DNA of 64,000 nucleotides from Eledone cirrhosa (taxonomy: Eukaryota). The translations under genes were made by a program, and so were the position numbers. Shown here piece after piece: positions 12,157 to 21,880 of the stretch (within the stretch, counting starts at the first letter, position 1; each line of letters opens with the position of its first letter). A model generated the notes under the pieces. It had not been told where the DNA came from. It was given only the letters and a program-made list of their open reading frames with translations, and did not search any database. The stretch covers positions 37,138,001 through 37,202,000 of the forward strand of contig OZ024758.1 of assembly GCA_964016885.1 (NCBI GenBank), given 5' to 3'.

Positions 12157-12294
12157 TTTGTGATATTGGTAAATTTGGACCCAACTGCGAAAGCATCTGT
12201 CACTGTACTGACAACAACAGGTGTAACAAACAGACAGGTGTGTATTTTAGTGGCGGATGTGCTGCTGGTTATGAAGGTAGCAACTGTCAGACAG
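12157..12294 (+). CDS. EGF-repeat exon 3: vCDIGKFGPNCESICHCTDNNRCNKQTGVYFSGGCAAGYEGSNCQT (6th Cys replaced by Tyr)
   Basis: Acceptor ttttttgtatgtttag, donor g|gtaagt, 138 nt, open frame. Confidence 0.85.
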
Positions 12295-12339
12295 GTAAGT
12301 GGTGTAGTATAGCTTTGTTTGTAACTTAATATATTGAAA

Positions 12340-12570
12340 CAAGATGACAGTAGGTGTAACACAGAGACAGATGTAACACAGAGACAGGTGTAACACAGAG
12401 ACAGGTGTGTGTTATAGTAGAATGTGTGGTGCTGATTATAAAGGTATCAACTGTCAGACAGGTATGTGTTCCAGCGGAATATGTGGTGCTGGTTGTGGAA
12501 GTAGCAACTGTCAGACAGGTGTGTGTTCCAATGGAGGGTGTGGTGCTGGTTATAAAGGTAGCATCTGTTC
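12340..12570 (+). pseudogene. Three tandem 57-bp copies of the 3' half of an EGF exon, preceded by short tgtaacacagagacag repeats
   Basis: VCYSRMCGADYKGINCQTG / MCSSGICGAGCGSSNCQTG / VCSNGGCGAGYKGSICS; no clear acceptor site. Confidence 0.7.
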
Positions 12571-12741
12571 CATCTCAATGCATCAGAACAGCATGAAATT
12601 TGAAGAGTCTGGTGTTATGACTCTCAGCAAGGTGTCTCCATCAACCTCAATGTGTCAGACACACCATTCATCTTCTCTTTTAAGCCATATATATATATCT
12701 CTATATATATATGTAATCTGAGTTTTTCGAATATTAATAAT

Positions 12742-12926
12742 TGTTTCTACTTTTGGCACAAGGCCAGCAATTACCCAGTGTATTACTGGTACTTTATTTT
12801 ATCGACCCCATAAGGATGAAAGGCAAAGTTAACCTCAGCGGGATTTGAACTCAGAATAGCAAGGGCCGTAACTTTATGCGTCAAAGCATGGTCCGACCCT
12901 CTACCGATACTGCCAATCTACCGCCC
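12742..12926 (-). mobile_element. SINE A, full length, with 18-bp target-site duplication
   Basis: TSD ttttcgaatattaataat at 12724-12741 and 12927-12944. Confidence 0.9.
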
Positions 12927-13651
12927 TTTTCGAATATTAATAATAGCATTCGATTCGTCTGCAATTATGCAAACAAGCCTCAATTTTAAAGCCATGTCAA
13001 TAGAATGAACCCATCATTCTTGCTCTTGTGTTGGCATGTAAACAGAATTGCAGACACTAACTTTTCTGGGTATCAGCCTTCATCAGTACAGCTCACTCTT
13101 CACCTGCCAACTGTCAGAGCTAGTGAAAATATATACTATTTTCTAAAATATACAGTGGCTGATCGGCCTGATTTCCATATTAGCAGACTGGCTGATCAGT
13201 CAGATCTGCATATTAGCAGATCCACTGATCAGCCAGATTTGTATATCAGCAGACTGGCCAGTCAGTTTCCTGTATACGAGGAATAAATGACCGGCTTTGC
13301 CACATTCAAATAAAATAAAATTTCCACTCTACATGGCTGAATACAATAAATGTAATCTGAGGAGATGACGAAGGACCGTGACAAGTGGAGAGATGCTGCG
13401 CTGAATAGAACCCGTCCAACCCTTGCAAGCAGGGAAAGGCGGACGTAAAATGATGATGATGATGATGATGATTGTGTGTAAACAGAGATAACAACACAAT
13501 CGGTACAGTATATGGAAAGAAAATATTAGGTTAACACTTGAAATAGCAACAAGAGGGTTTTAAGGTTTTGGACGCTAGTCCTTCATCAGAAGAAAGAATG
13601 AGAAATTAGAAAGATTGAAGGGACAGGCAGGGTGGAATCAGAAAAAAAAAA

Positions 13652-13690
<39 letters not shown>

Positions 13691-13854
13691 TATATTTATA
13701 TATATATATATTTAAGAAAATCAACAAAGAAAAGAGAAGACAGCGAACGAAAACAAAACAAAACAAAAAAACAATTTTTAAAAAGGAAACCGTTAAACCA
13801 TAAAGCTACAAAAAACATACAATTTTGTGTGACATTAGTGAAAAAAATATATAT

Positions 13855-14185
13855 CATCACCATCACCCTTTTACGTCCATTCTTCCATGGGTTAGACCGG
13901 TTGTCCTGTTGTAGGCAATGCCAGGTCGAGTGACCTTGTCTTGCTCATATGGGAACTGATGCTGGCTTGATTTCTACAGCTGGATGCCCTTCCTAGCACC
14001 AACCTCATTTACAGTGAGTGCTAGGTGCTTTTTTACCGTGGCGCCTACATGTCCACTTTACAGTGTGGGCTGGGTGCTTTTTTGTCATGACACCTCCACG
14101 ACCACTTTGCAGTGGGAGGAGGGGGTGGGGGCATATTTTCCATATGCTTCAGCTTCGGCTTGTACCCTAGGGAAGTCAGGTCTTC
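13855..14185 (-). mobile_element. RTE LINE 3' UTR fragment with (GAT)n-type tail; related tails at ~13345-13470(+) and ~27373-27730(-)
   Basis: Homologous to 22081-22410. Confidence 0.75.
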
Positions 14186-14262
14186 TGCATATATATATAT
14201 TAAGTGTTTCCGAAGGAAAGGAGAGTGCACTATGTAAGCTACAGAGCTATTTAGTTATGTAA

Positions 14263-14372
14263 TAAACAACATAAGACAATTATTCCATTTACCAAAGGTT
14301 TCACGAAGACAGACGAGCTCATCAGTCTTCATAAAACCTTTGGTAAATGGAATAATTGTCTTATGTTGTTTA
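14263..14372. repeat. 110-bp spacerless near-perfect palindrome centred on gag|ctc
   Basis: The two arms differ at about 4 positions. Confidence 0.9.
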
Positions 14373-14445
14373 ATGGCGCATGTCTCTCGGACATGACACC
14401 CTTAATTTAATTTTGGAATTATATATTTTTTTTTTTCTACCATAG

Positions 14446-14583
14446 TTTGTCAATATGGAAGGTTTGGTGCCAAGTGCAGCAGTATATGTCACTGTACAGA
14501 CAACAGCAAGTGTACCCCAGTATCAGGGACCTGTTCAAGTGGGGGTTGTATTGCTAGATATGAGGGTAACAATTGTCAGTTAA
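14446..14583 (+). CDS. EGF-repeat exon 4: vCQYGRFGAKCSSICHCTDNSKCTPVSGTCSSGGCIARYEGNNCQL
   Basis: Poly-T tract then ctaccatag acceptor, donor a|gtaagt, 138 nt, 8 Cys. Confidence 0.9.
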   Translation, partial: FVNMEGLVPSAAVYVTVQTTASVPQYQGPVQVGVVLLDMRVTIVS

Positions 14584-14937
14584 GTAAGTATATATTTGTT
14601 GTTGTTGCTATTGTTGTTTTGTTGTTGTTATTTTGTTATTGATGGGCAACAGCAACAAACTCCCTCTTACACCAATGGCCAGACAACACAGGCTGGAGAT
14701 AGAATGTGTAGCAACAAGAGCGGTGCCCCAGCATGGCCTCTGCCAGATGGCTGGAACAGGTAAAAATGTAAGGGATGTTGTTGATGACTGCTATTTTTGT
14801 TTGCTGTTGTTATTTTGTTATTGTTTTTGTTGTTTTTGTTGTTGCTATTGTTGTTTGTTTTTGTTATTCATGTTATTGTTGTTGATGATGGTTGCTGTTG
14901 TTGTTGTTGATGTTTACTGTTATTCTTGTACATTCTC

Positions 14938-15435
14938 TACATTTCACATCTCACACAATTCACATCTATATTTCACATTATACAATTCACACCTTTACAT
15001 TTCACATATCCTACATTTCACATCTCTTACATTTCACATCACCTACATTTCACATCTCTTACATTTCACATCTCCTACATTTCACATCCTTACATTTCAC
15101 ATCTCTTACATTTCACATCTCCTACATTTCACATCCTTACATTTCACATATCCTACATTTCACATATCCTACATTTCACATCACCTACATTTCACATCTC
15201 TTACATTTCACATCTCTTACATTTCATATCTACTACAGTTCACATATCCTACATTTCACATCTCCTACATTCCTCATCCCTACATTCCCCATCCCTACAT
15301 TCCTCATCCATACATTTCACATCCCTACATTTTACACCCACTACATTTCATATTCCTACATTTCACATCCCATACATTTCACATCCCATACATTTCACAA
15401 CTCATACATTGTATATCACATACATTTCACATCTC
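14938..15435. repeat. Degenerate 14-16-bp tandem repeat (tacatttcacatcNN)
   Basis: Direct reading. Confidence 0.9.
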
Positions 15436-15477
15436 ATTCCATCTAACTTCTATATTCTTCATATTTAATGTACCCAG

Positions 15478-15615
15478 AGTGTAGAAGTGGTCAATTTGGT
15501 GACAACTGTATTAACTCATGTCACTGTGCCAACAACAGCAAGTGTGACCCCATCACAGGTGTATGTTCCAGTGGTGGCTGTGAAGCTGGCTATCAAGGTA
15601 GCAATTGTCAGACAG
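15478..15615 (+). CDS. EGF-repeat exon 5: kCRSGQFGDNCINSCHCANNSKCDPITGVCSSGGCEAGYQGSNCQT
   Basis: Acceptor tacccag, donor g|gtgagt, 138 nt, 8 Cys. Confidence 0.9.
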
Positions 15616-16348
15616 GTGAGTCATTCAGTAGATCTTCTATGCTATTTGTATTTCTAGGTGAGCACATGGCACTTCAAAGTGAGATTCCAAACTTACCAAG
15701 GAAAGAGTGACATGAAAAGACCGAGGCTCCTTTGGGGTGCATTTTTGTCAGAGGCCAGTTAAACCTACATAGGTAGAGCTGTAACAACATGATAGGCCTG
15801 GGGTCCTTATTATTAAAACACCCAGAATATTTCCTATGGAGTGCATCCTTGTAGGGGGCCAGCCAAACCTACATAAATGTGAGCTGTAACAACAACATGA
15901 TAGGCATGGTGTCCTTACCATTGAAACACCCAGAATACTTCCTATGGGGTGACAACCTCATAGGTGGCCGACTAAGCCTATAAAGGTGCTTGTTTAAAAA
16001 AAATAAAACTTGACTATAAACCAAATGGATACACCATTTTTTCTCTTCTTCACTGATACTCTCCCCATGTGCCTTCTCCTCCTGCTTTCCACCACTACTA
16101 TATTGGACTCTGTTCCTCGGAGTATTCTAGGTTCATGCCACCTCCACTCAGACATTTTCAACTGACTCCTCTCTCTTCTTTTCGTCCCACATTTTGTATC
16201 CACTTGGTGCCACCCTAATTAGTACAACCTCTCAAGAACTGGTGCACCCAGGCCACTCAGTAAAGTGATTGGTTACAAGAAGAATACCCAACCAGTAAAA
16301 CCAAGCCAAAACTATGTAAAGCACAAATGTACCAATGTTTTTAATTAA

Positions 16349-16570
16349 CCCTTTCGTGTTCAAACTGGCCCAAACCGGCCAGAATTCTCTACCTCTTTCT
16401 GTTGATATTGGCTGTAACTGGTCGCTCAAACTGATGTTAAGGTATTGTTCTCAAAATAAATACTTTCAAAATCTCATAGATTCGATATTATGTGAGATAA
16501 TTATGTGAGATAAAGCCTTTACCATGAAAATACACAATAGTATATATAGAGTAATGTGAATGGTAAAGGG
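16349..16570. mobile_element. piggyBac-type MITE, copy 3
   Basis: ttaa-cccttt ... aaaggg-ttaa; internal homology to 1742-1962. Confidence 0.8.
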
Positions 16571-16984
16571 TTAATAATGATTTCTTAATTTTGGAGTAAA
16601 GAGAAAGTCAGTTGATTATATCTACCCCAGTATTTAACTGGTACATTATTTTATCAAGCTTGTAAAAATGACATTCAAGTTTGACCTGAGCAAGATTTGA
16701 ACTCAGAACTCAGAAGTTCTGCAAAGCATTTCATCCAACAAACACTCCAACAGTTCTGCCCATTTCTTTCCCTTTTACAACAAAAGGATGACATTGTTCA
16801 TCTAGAAAACACACGTGGTGTTTATGAGGCTGTTTGCTGGCAAACAAACTGAATATTAATGATATTATAATACTATTATAACATTATTGTTATCCAGTGC
16901 ATTACTAATAAAGTACCAGTAATACACTGGGATAATTGCTAGCCTTGTGCAAAAAGTAGAAATAATTATTATTGAATCGTGAGG

Positions 16985-17172
16985 GTGGTGGATTGGCAGT
17001 ATCGGTAGAGCGTCGGATGCCATGCTTTGCAGCATAGAGTTATGGTTCTTTACGGTCTGAGTTCAAATCCCACAGAGGTTAACTTTGCCTTTCGACCTTA
17101 CGGGGTCGATAAAATAAAGTACCAGTAATGCACTGGGGTAATTGCTGGCCTTATGTCAAAAGTCGAAACAAT
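16985..17172 (+). mobile_element. SINE A; further copies at ~18505-18660(+), ~20465-20645(-), ~26333-26512(+), ~41726-41912(+) and 42435-42600(-)
   Basis: Homology to 4815-4997. The 42435 copy has TSD cttgaagtctataataat. Confidence 0.85.
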
Positions 17173-17219
17173 TCTTATTCACTCATGAATAAATAATAAA
17201 TAATAGCTCTATATTTCAG

Positions 17220-17357
17220 AGTGCTCCAGTGGCAAGTTTGGTAAAGATTGTAGCTATAGCTGTTACTGCTATGACAATAGCACGTGTAACCCTAAATCTG
17301 GTACCTGTTCGAGTGGTGGGTGTACACCTGGCTATAAAGGTAACAACTGTCAAACAG
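17220..17357 (+). CDS. EGF-repeat exon 6: eCSSGKFGKDCSYSCYCYDNSTCNPKSGTCSSGGCTPGYKGNNCQT
   Basis: Acceptor atatttcag, donor g|gtgagt, 138 nt, 8 Cys. Not in the ORF track; translated by hand. Confidence 0.9.
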
Positions 17358-17642
17358 GTGAGTGAAATGAAAGAAGCTAATTACTCTGTGCAACATATAT
17401 GAATTCTTGTTTTATCTCTCCAAACTTTAGGGTGTTCTTTATTAGTCATTCCCAAAGTGGGATCCATGGAACCCAAGGGTTCTGCAAATGAATGTCTGGG
17501 GTTCCATGAAAAAAAGGTAGAGAAGTATATTTATATTCAAACCATATAAAAATATGAGACTGGGATTCCGCCAGAAGTTTCTGAACCAAAAAGTGTTTGC
17601 TTTTTTTTTTATTAACAAACAATGTTTTTGTTTCTTTGAAAG

Positions 17643-17780
17643 TCTGCCAGAATGGTAGATTTGGCAGCAACTGTGAAGGTATATGTCACTGTGTAGACAG
17701 CAACAAATGTGACTCAGTGACAGGAATATGTTCTGACGGAAGATGTGTTGCTGGTTTTGAAGGAAGAAACTGCCAAAATG
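17643..17780 (+). CDS. EGF-repeat exon 7: vCQNGRFGSNCEGICHCVDSNKCDSVTGICSDGRCVAGFEGRNCQN
   Basis: Acceptor tttgtttctttgaaag (AAG type), donor g|gtgagt, 138 nt, 8 Cys. Confidence 0.88.
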
Positions 17781-19249
17781 GTGAGTAAAACTAAATATCG
17801 AATTTCTATTCTGTCTTTTTTTTTATGGGGGGGGGGGGGCAGATTTGTAAATTAAAATAAAAGCTGGTGAATTGACAGTATCTTTTTCAATATCTTTTAT
17901 TCACCTCTTTATAATATGTAAGGACACTGTGTCAGTTGTTTACAGTTTAAACTAGTTATGAGATCAATGAACTGTCATCTCTATCTAACACTAACACAAG
18001 TGGTAAAGCTGTTGGATTTACAATCATAATGTTGTGGGTTTGGTTCCTGGACTTGGCTGTGCATTGCGTTCTTAAGCAAAACATTCTTGCGTAGTATACT
18101 CAGTTGAAAATGAGTACCAGCAATTGCTGGGGGATTTTAAATTCCATCCTGCACAGGACAGGAGTCCTGTGCAGGATGGAATTCTATACTCTCAGTTGCT
18201 TCACACCATGGAAACCGAGATAAGCACATTCCACCCTTCTCTCAGGCATTGCATAACTAGGACTACACTATTTAATGTGTCCTTTCCTTTTTATCATACT
18301 AATCTATAATTTGGCTGTTACTTGTTCTGAGTCTAAAGTCTGTCTCAAGCCTGGATGCTAATCAGGCCAGTGTTTACCTTGGTTTCCATGGTGTTAAGTG
18401 ACTGACAGTAAACAATTCCAGCCTGGACAGGACACCAGTCCATTGCAGAGAAAACCCCCCAGCAATTGTTGATACTCATTTCCAACTGAGTATACTGAGT
18501 ATATAGGCAGTGAATTGGCAGAGTCGTTAGAACATCAGATAGAATGCTTTGTGGTATTCGTTCCAACTCTCTGCTCTCTGAGTTCAAATCCCGCTGAGGT
18601 CAACTTTGCCTTTCATCCTTTTGATGTCAATAAAAAAGTACCAGTCTAGTACTGGGGTCGATTCTTCTTCTATATCTCTTTCTCATTTCCTCTCTCTCAC
18701 TTTCTATCTTTCTCTGGAAGAAATCTGCTGTATTCAGGCCTGGACAGGGATGGGCTCCGCCTGGCTTAAAATACCCAAGAAATGATGTCTGTTAATACGG
18801 CACCTCTACGACTCTGTCAGGAGTTACAGGACCATACATACATACTGAGTATAATGTTTTGCTCAAGAACATAACACACAACCCAGTCCAAGAATGAAAC
18901 CCAGAACATGATTGTAAGTTTAACACCATTTACACTTGTGTTAGTGTTAAATAGAGCATGAAAGTTTATTAGCTTTGTTGCAATTAGTTGAGACACAAAA
19001 TAACTGGCACAGTGTCCTTTCCTATTGTAAGAGGTGAATAAAAGAGTTCACACACACATACACATAAACACACACATGCACTCACACTCTAAAACACACA
19101 AACACACTCACACACATACTCTTTCACACTCTTAAATGCTCAAATGTACTCACACACTAAAACACACAAACACACTCACATTAAAACACACAAATGCACT
19201 CACTCACACACACTTAAACACAGTAATGTAAATGTTAAATAGATTAAGG

Positions 19250-19542
19250 CAGTCATGAGTAACCTGCGGCCCACAAAACTTTCTAAATGACTCACCTAAA
19301 TCACCTAAGTGAAATCTTTCTGATTTTTTTACCCCAACTTTTCAGTCGTAATTTATCTTTCTATATTTTTTAACGATTGAGGAAAACAACGTGTACGAAT
19401 TCTGAAGAAACCAATCAAAACAACCTGAGTTATCACCCTTTTTTTTTTATGTGGGCGCAAATGTAAATTAGCGCTTGCGGCCTCCCTGATGATGAGCCAT
19501 ATCTCATGCAGCCCGCTTCTCGAAAAAGGTTGCCCATGCCTG
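19250..19542. mobile_element. hAT-type MITE
   Basis: TIRs cagtcatgagtaacct / aggttgcccatgcctg, subterminal gcggccc motifs, imperfect 8-bp TSD gattaagg / ggttaatg. Confidence 0.65.
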
Positions 19543-19659
19543 GGTTAATGGCTGAAACCCTTGCATGAGGTGAGAGGGTGGTTCTTCTCTGGTGACCTTC
19601 TCCTGTCCAACTTTCTTGAGAGTTTCTGACCACATAATACTACATAGTACGGCATAAAT

Positions 19660-20075
19660 ACTGTTACAAAATAAAATGCTTATAACTCCTTCAATATTTA
19701 TTGTACCTAGCTACAATTGTGGCACAATGTAATTAATAAAATGTTTATTAACACCATGAAATCTTATTTGATATGCTTTCCTTTTGTTCTCACATCTCGA
19801 GATCATCTTTACATAGCCTCCTCATGGATCTCTCTGAAATTTCGGCCTCTTTCACCATTTTTCTCATGAATCTTTTTGGCTTACATCTGATTTTCTCATG
19901 CATGTATTTGATTAGTTTTGGTGTTCAGAAGGTGCTAGGACGTCCTGATCTTGGCTTTTGTTGAGGAAGTTTCTTTGAAGTGATCAATGGTCCTTTTTAT
20001 GAGCATTCTGTTAATTTCAAGCTGTTTTCCAGTTATAAAAATCTGAGGTGGAGTCTACTTTTTTTCATGCTGTCC
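19660..20075 (-). mobile_element. Tc1/mariner relic
   Basis: Minus strand encodes KPRSGRP (GRPR-like motif); terminus-like aaatgcttataactcc sequence. Confidence 0.45.
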
Positions 20076-20109
20076 AATTATGAATTTTCCTTTCAATTCT
20101 AAGGACATT

Positions 20110-20375
20110 TAAATAATAATAATAATGAAATTATTGTGTACACTGCTCAGGTGCATATATAGTACATAGAATAATGTATAAAGGTCAGGAAAGTGAACAG
20201 TGTATGAGTCATGAAATACACACACATGCATGCGTGTGTATGGAAGGGGGATATCAGGTGTAGTGTTGGCGAATTTCAGGAAGCATGGAGGTTTTAAAGG
20301 ATGTAGTGTCCCAGTAGCTAACAACTGATGCAGGTAATTTGTTCCATGCTTCAGCAACTCTGAACATGAAAAAAT
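20110..20375 (-). mobile_element. CR1-like LINE 3' end; plus-strand copy at ~26897-27372 with internal duplications
   Basis: EAWNKLPASVVSCRDTASFKTSML C-terminus and (TTA)n tail. Confidence 0.7.
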
Positions 20376-20767
20376 GTGCAATGAATCCTTATATAACCCC
20401 CAAAACAGTTAGTATATAGTATTAGGTTAATATTTGAGCAATCAGATCAATAATAAAGTAATTATTATTGGTTTCTTATATAGGCATAAGGCCAGAAATG
20501 TGTGGGGGGGGGGGGGGTCTATTAAAGCGCTCCCTGTGTGTGACTGGTACTTTATTTTATCGACCCAGTAAGGATGAAAGGCAAAGTTAATCTGGGCGGG
20601 ATTTGAACTCAGATCATAAAGGGCCGTAACTCTATGCTGCAAAGCATAAAGTAATTAATATTATGACTTAAACTCATTTGATATTTTGTAACAGTATTTA
20701 TGCTGCACCCTGTATATATTTGTAAAGTAATGTTAGATATTTCTACTTGTTTGTTTTATTTTAACAG

Positions 20768-20905
20768 TGTGTAAAGCTGGTTATTTTGGTGTCCATTGTT
20801 CAAATCCCTGTAAATGCAAGGACAGTGCAAACTGTAACCCTAAAACTGGACACTGTCCAAACAACAAGTGTCTACCTGGTTTTACTGGTCATGACTGCCA
20901 AGCTT
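20768..20905 (+). CDS. EGF-repeat exon 8: vCKAGYFGVHCSNPCKCKDSANCNPKTGHCPNNKCLPGFTGHDCQA
   Basis: Acceptor ttttattttaacag, donor t|gttagt, 138 nt, 8 Cys. Confidence 0.88.
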
Positions 20906-20949
20906 GTTAGTATGCTTATTTTAAACTGTAAATGTTCATTTATTAACAG

Positions 20950-21625
20950 CGTGCCTCCTGATGTGCCCTGTGTGCCTCTGATGTTCCCAGTCTGCCTCTT
21001 GTGTACCTACTCTGCTTCTGATGTTCCCAGTATGCCTCTTGTATTCCCAGTGTGTCTCTGAGGTGCTCAGTGTGCCTCTGATGTGCCAACTGTGCCTCTG
21101 ATGCTCCCAGTCTGCCTCTTGTGTTCCCAGTGTGTCTCTGATATACCTAGTGTGCCTCTGATGTGCCAACTGTGCCTCTGATGCTCCCAGTCTGCCTCTT
21201 GTGTTCCCAGTGTGTCTCTGATATACCTAGTGTGCCTCTGATGTACCTACTGTGCTTCTGATGTTCCCAGTCTGCCTCTTGTGTTCCCAGTGTGTCTCTG
21301 ATATACCTAGTGTGCCTCGGATGTGCCTACTGTGCTTCTGATGTTCCCAGTGTGCCTCTTGTATTCCCAGTGTGTCTCTGATGTGCCCAGTGAGCCTCTG
21401 ATGTTCTCAGTATGCCTCCTATGTACCTAGTGTCCACTGATATTCCAGTGTGCCTCTGATGTTCCCACTGTGCTCCAATGTTCCCAGTATGCCAGTATGC
21501 CTCTAATATCCCAGTGTGCTTCTGGATGTTCACAGTGAGCCATTGTGCCTCTTGAGTACCCACTGTGTCTCTGATGTTCCCACTGTACCTGTGTGCTTCT
21601 AATTTTCCAAGTGTGCCAGTGTTTC
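20950..21625. repeat. Degenerate 20-bp minisatellite (gtgcctctgatgttcccagt) with an 80-bp higher period in its core
   Basis: Direct reading. Confidence 0.88.
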
Positions 21626-21880
21626 TCTAGCATAGTTTCTATTGTTGGATGCCCTTCCTAACACTACCTCACAGCATGTACTGGGTGCATTTCCTCATGG
21701 CACCACCTTTACCACATGCCAGGGTGGTCTTGCTACTTTTATCATGGTACCACACTAACACTTTACAGTATGGGCTGGATGCATTTTATCACAGCATCAA
21801 ACACTTCCATTTTCCAGTGTAGGCTTGGTGCACTTGATCATGGCACCAGCACTACCACATTTCAACACTGGGGTGTTTAA

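Noticed and set aside
9452-12196. 300-400 aa repetitive ORFs (Thr-rich mucin-like, Val-rich, HEIKCLAQGH repeats)
   Set aside because: These are translations of the 45- and 51-bp minisatellites, one of which is SINE-derived.
19486-19526. CTGATGA...GAAA hammerhead-like motif
   Set aside because: No supporting stems; it lies in a hAT MITE subterminal region.
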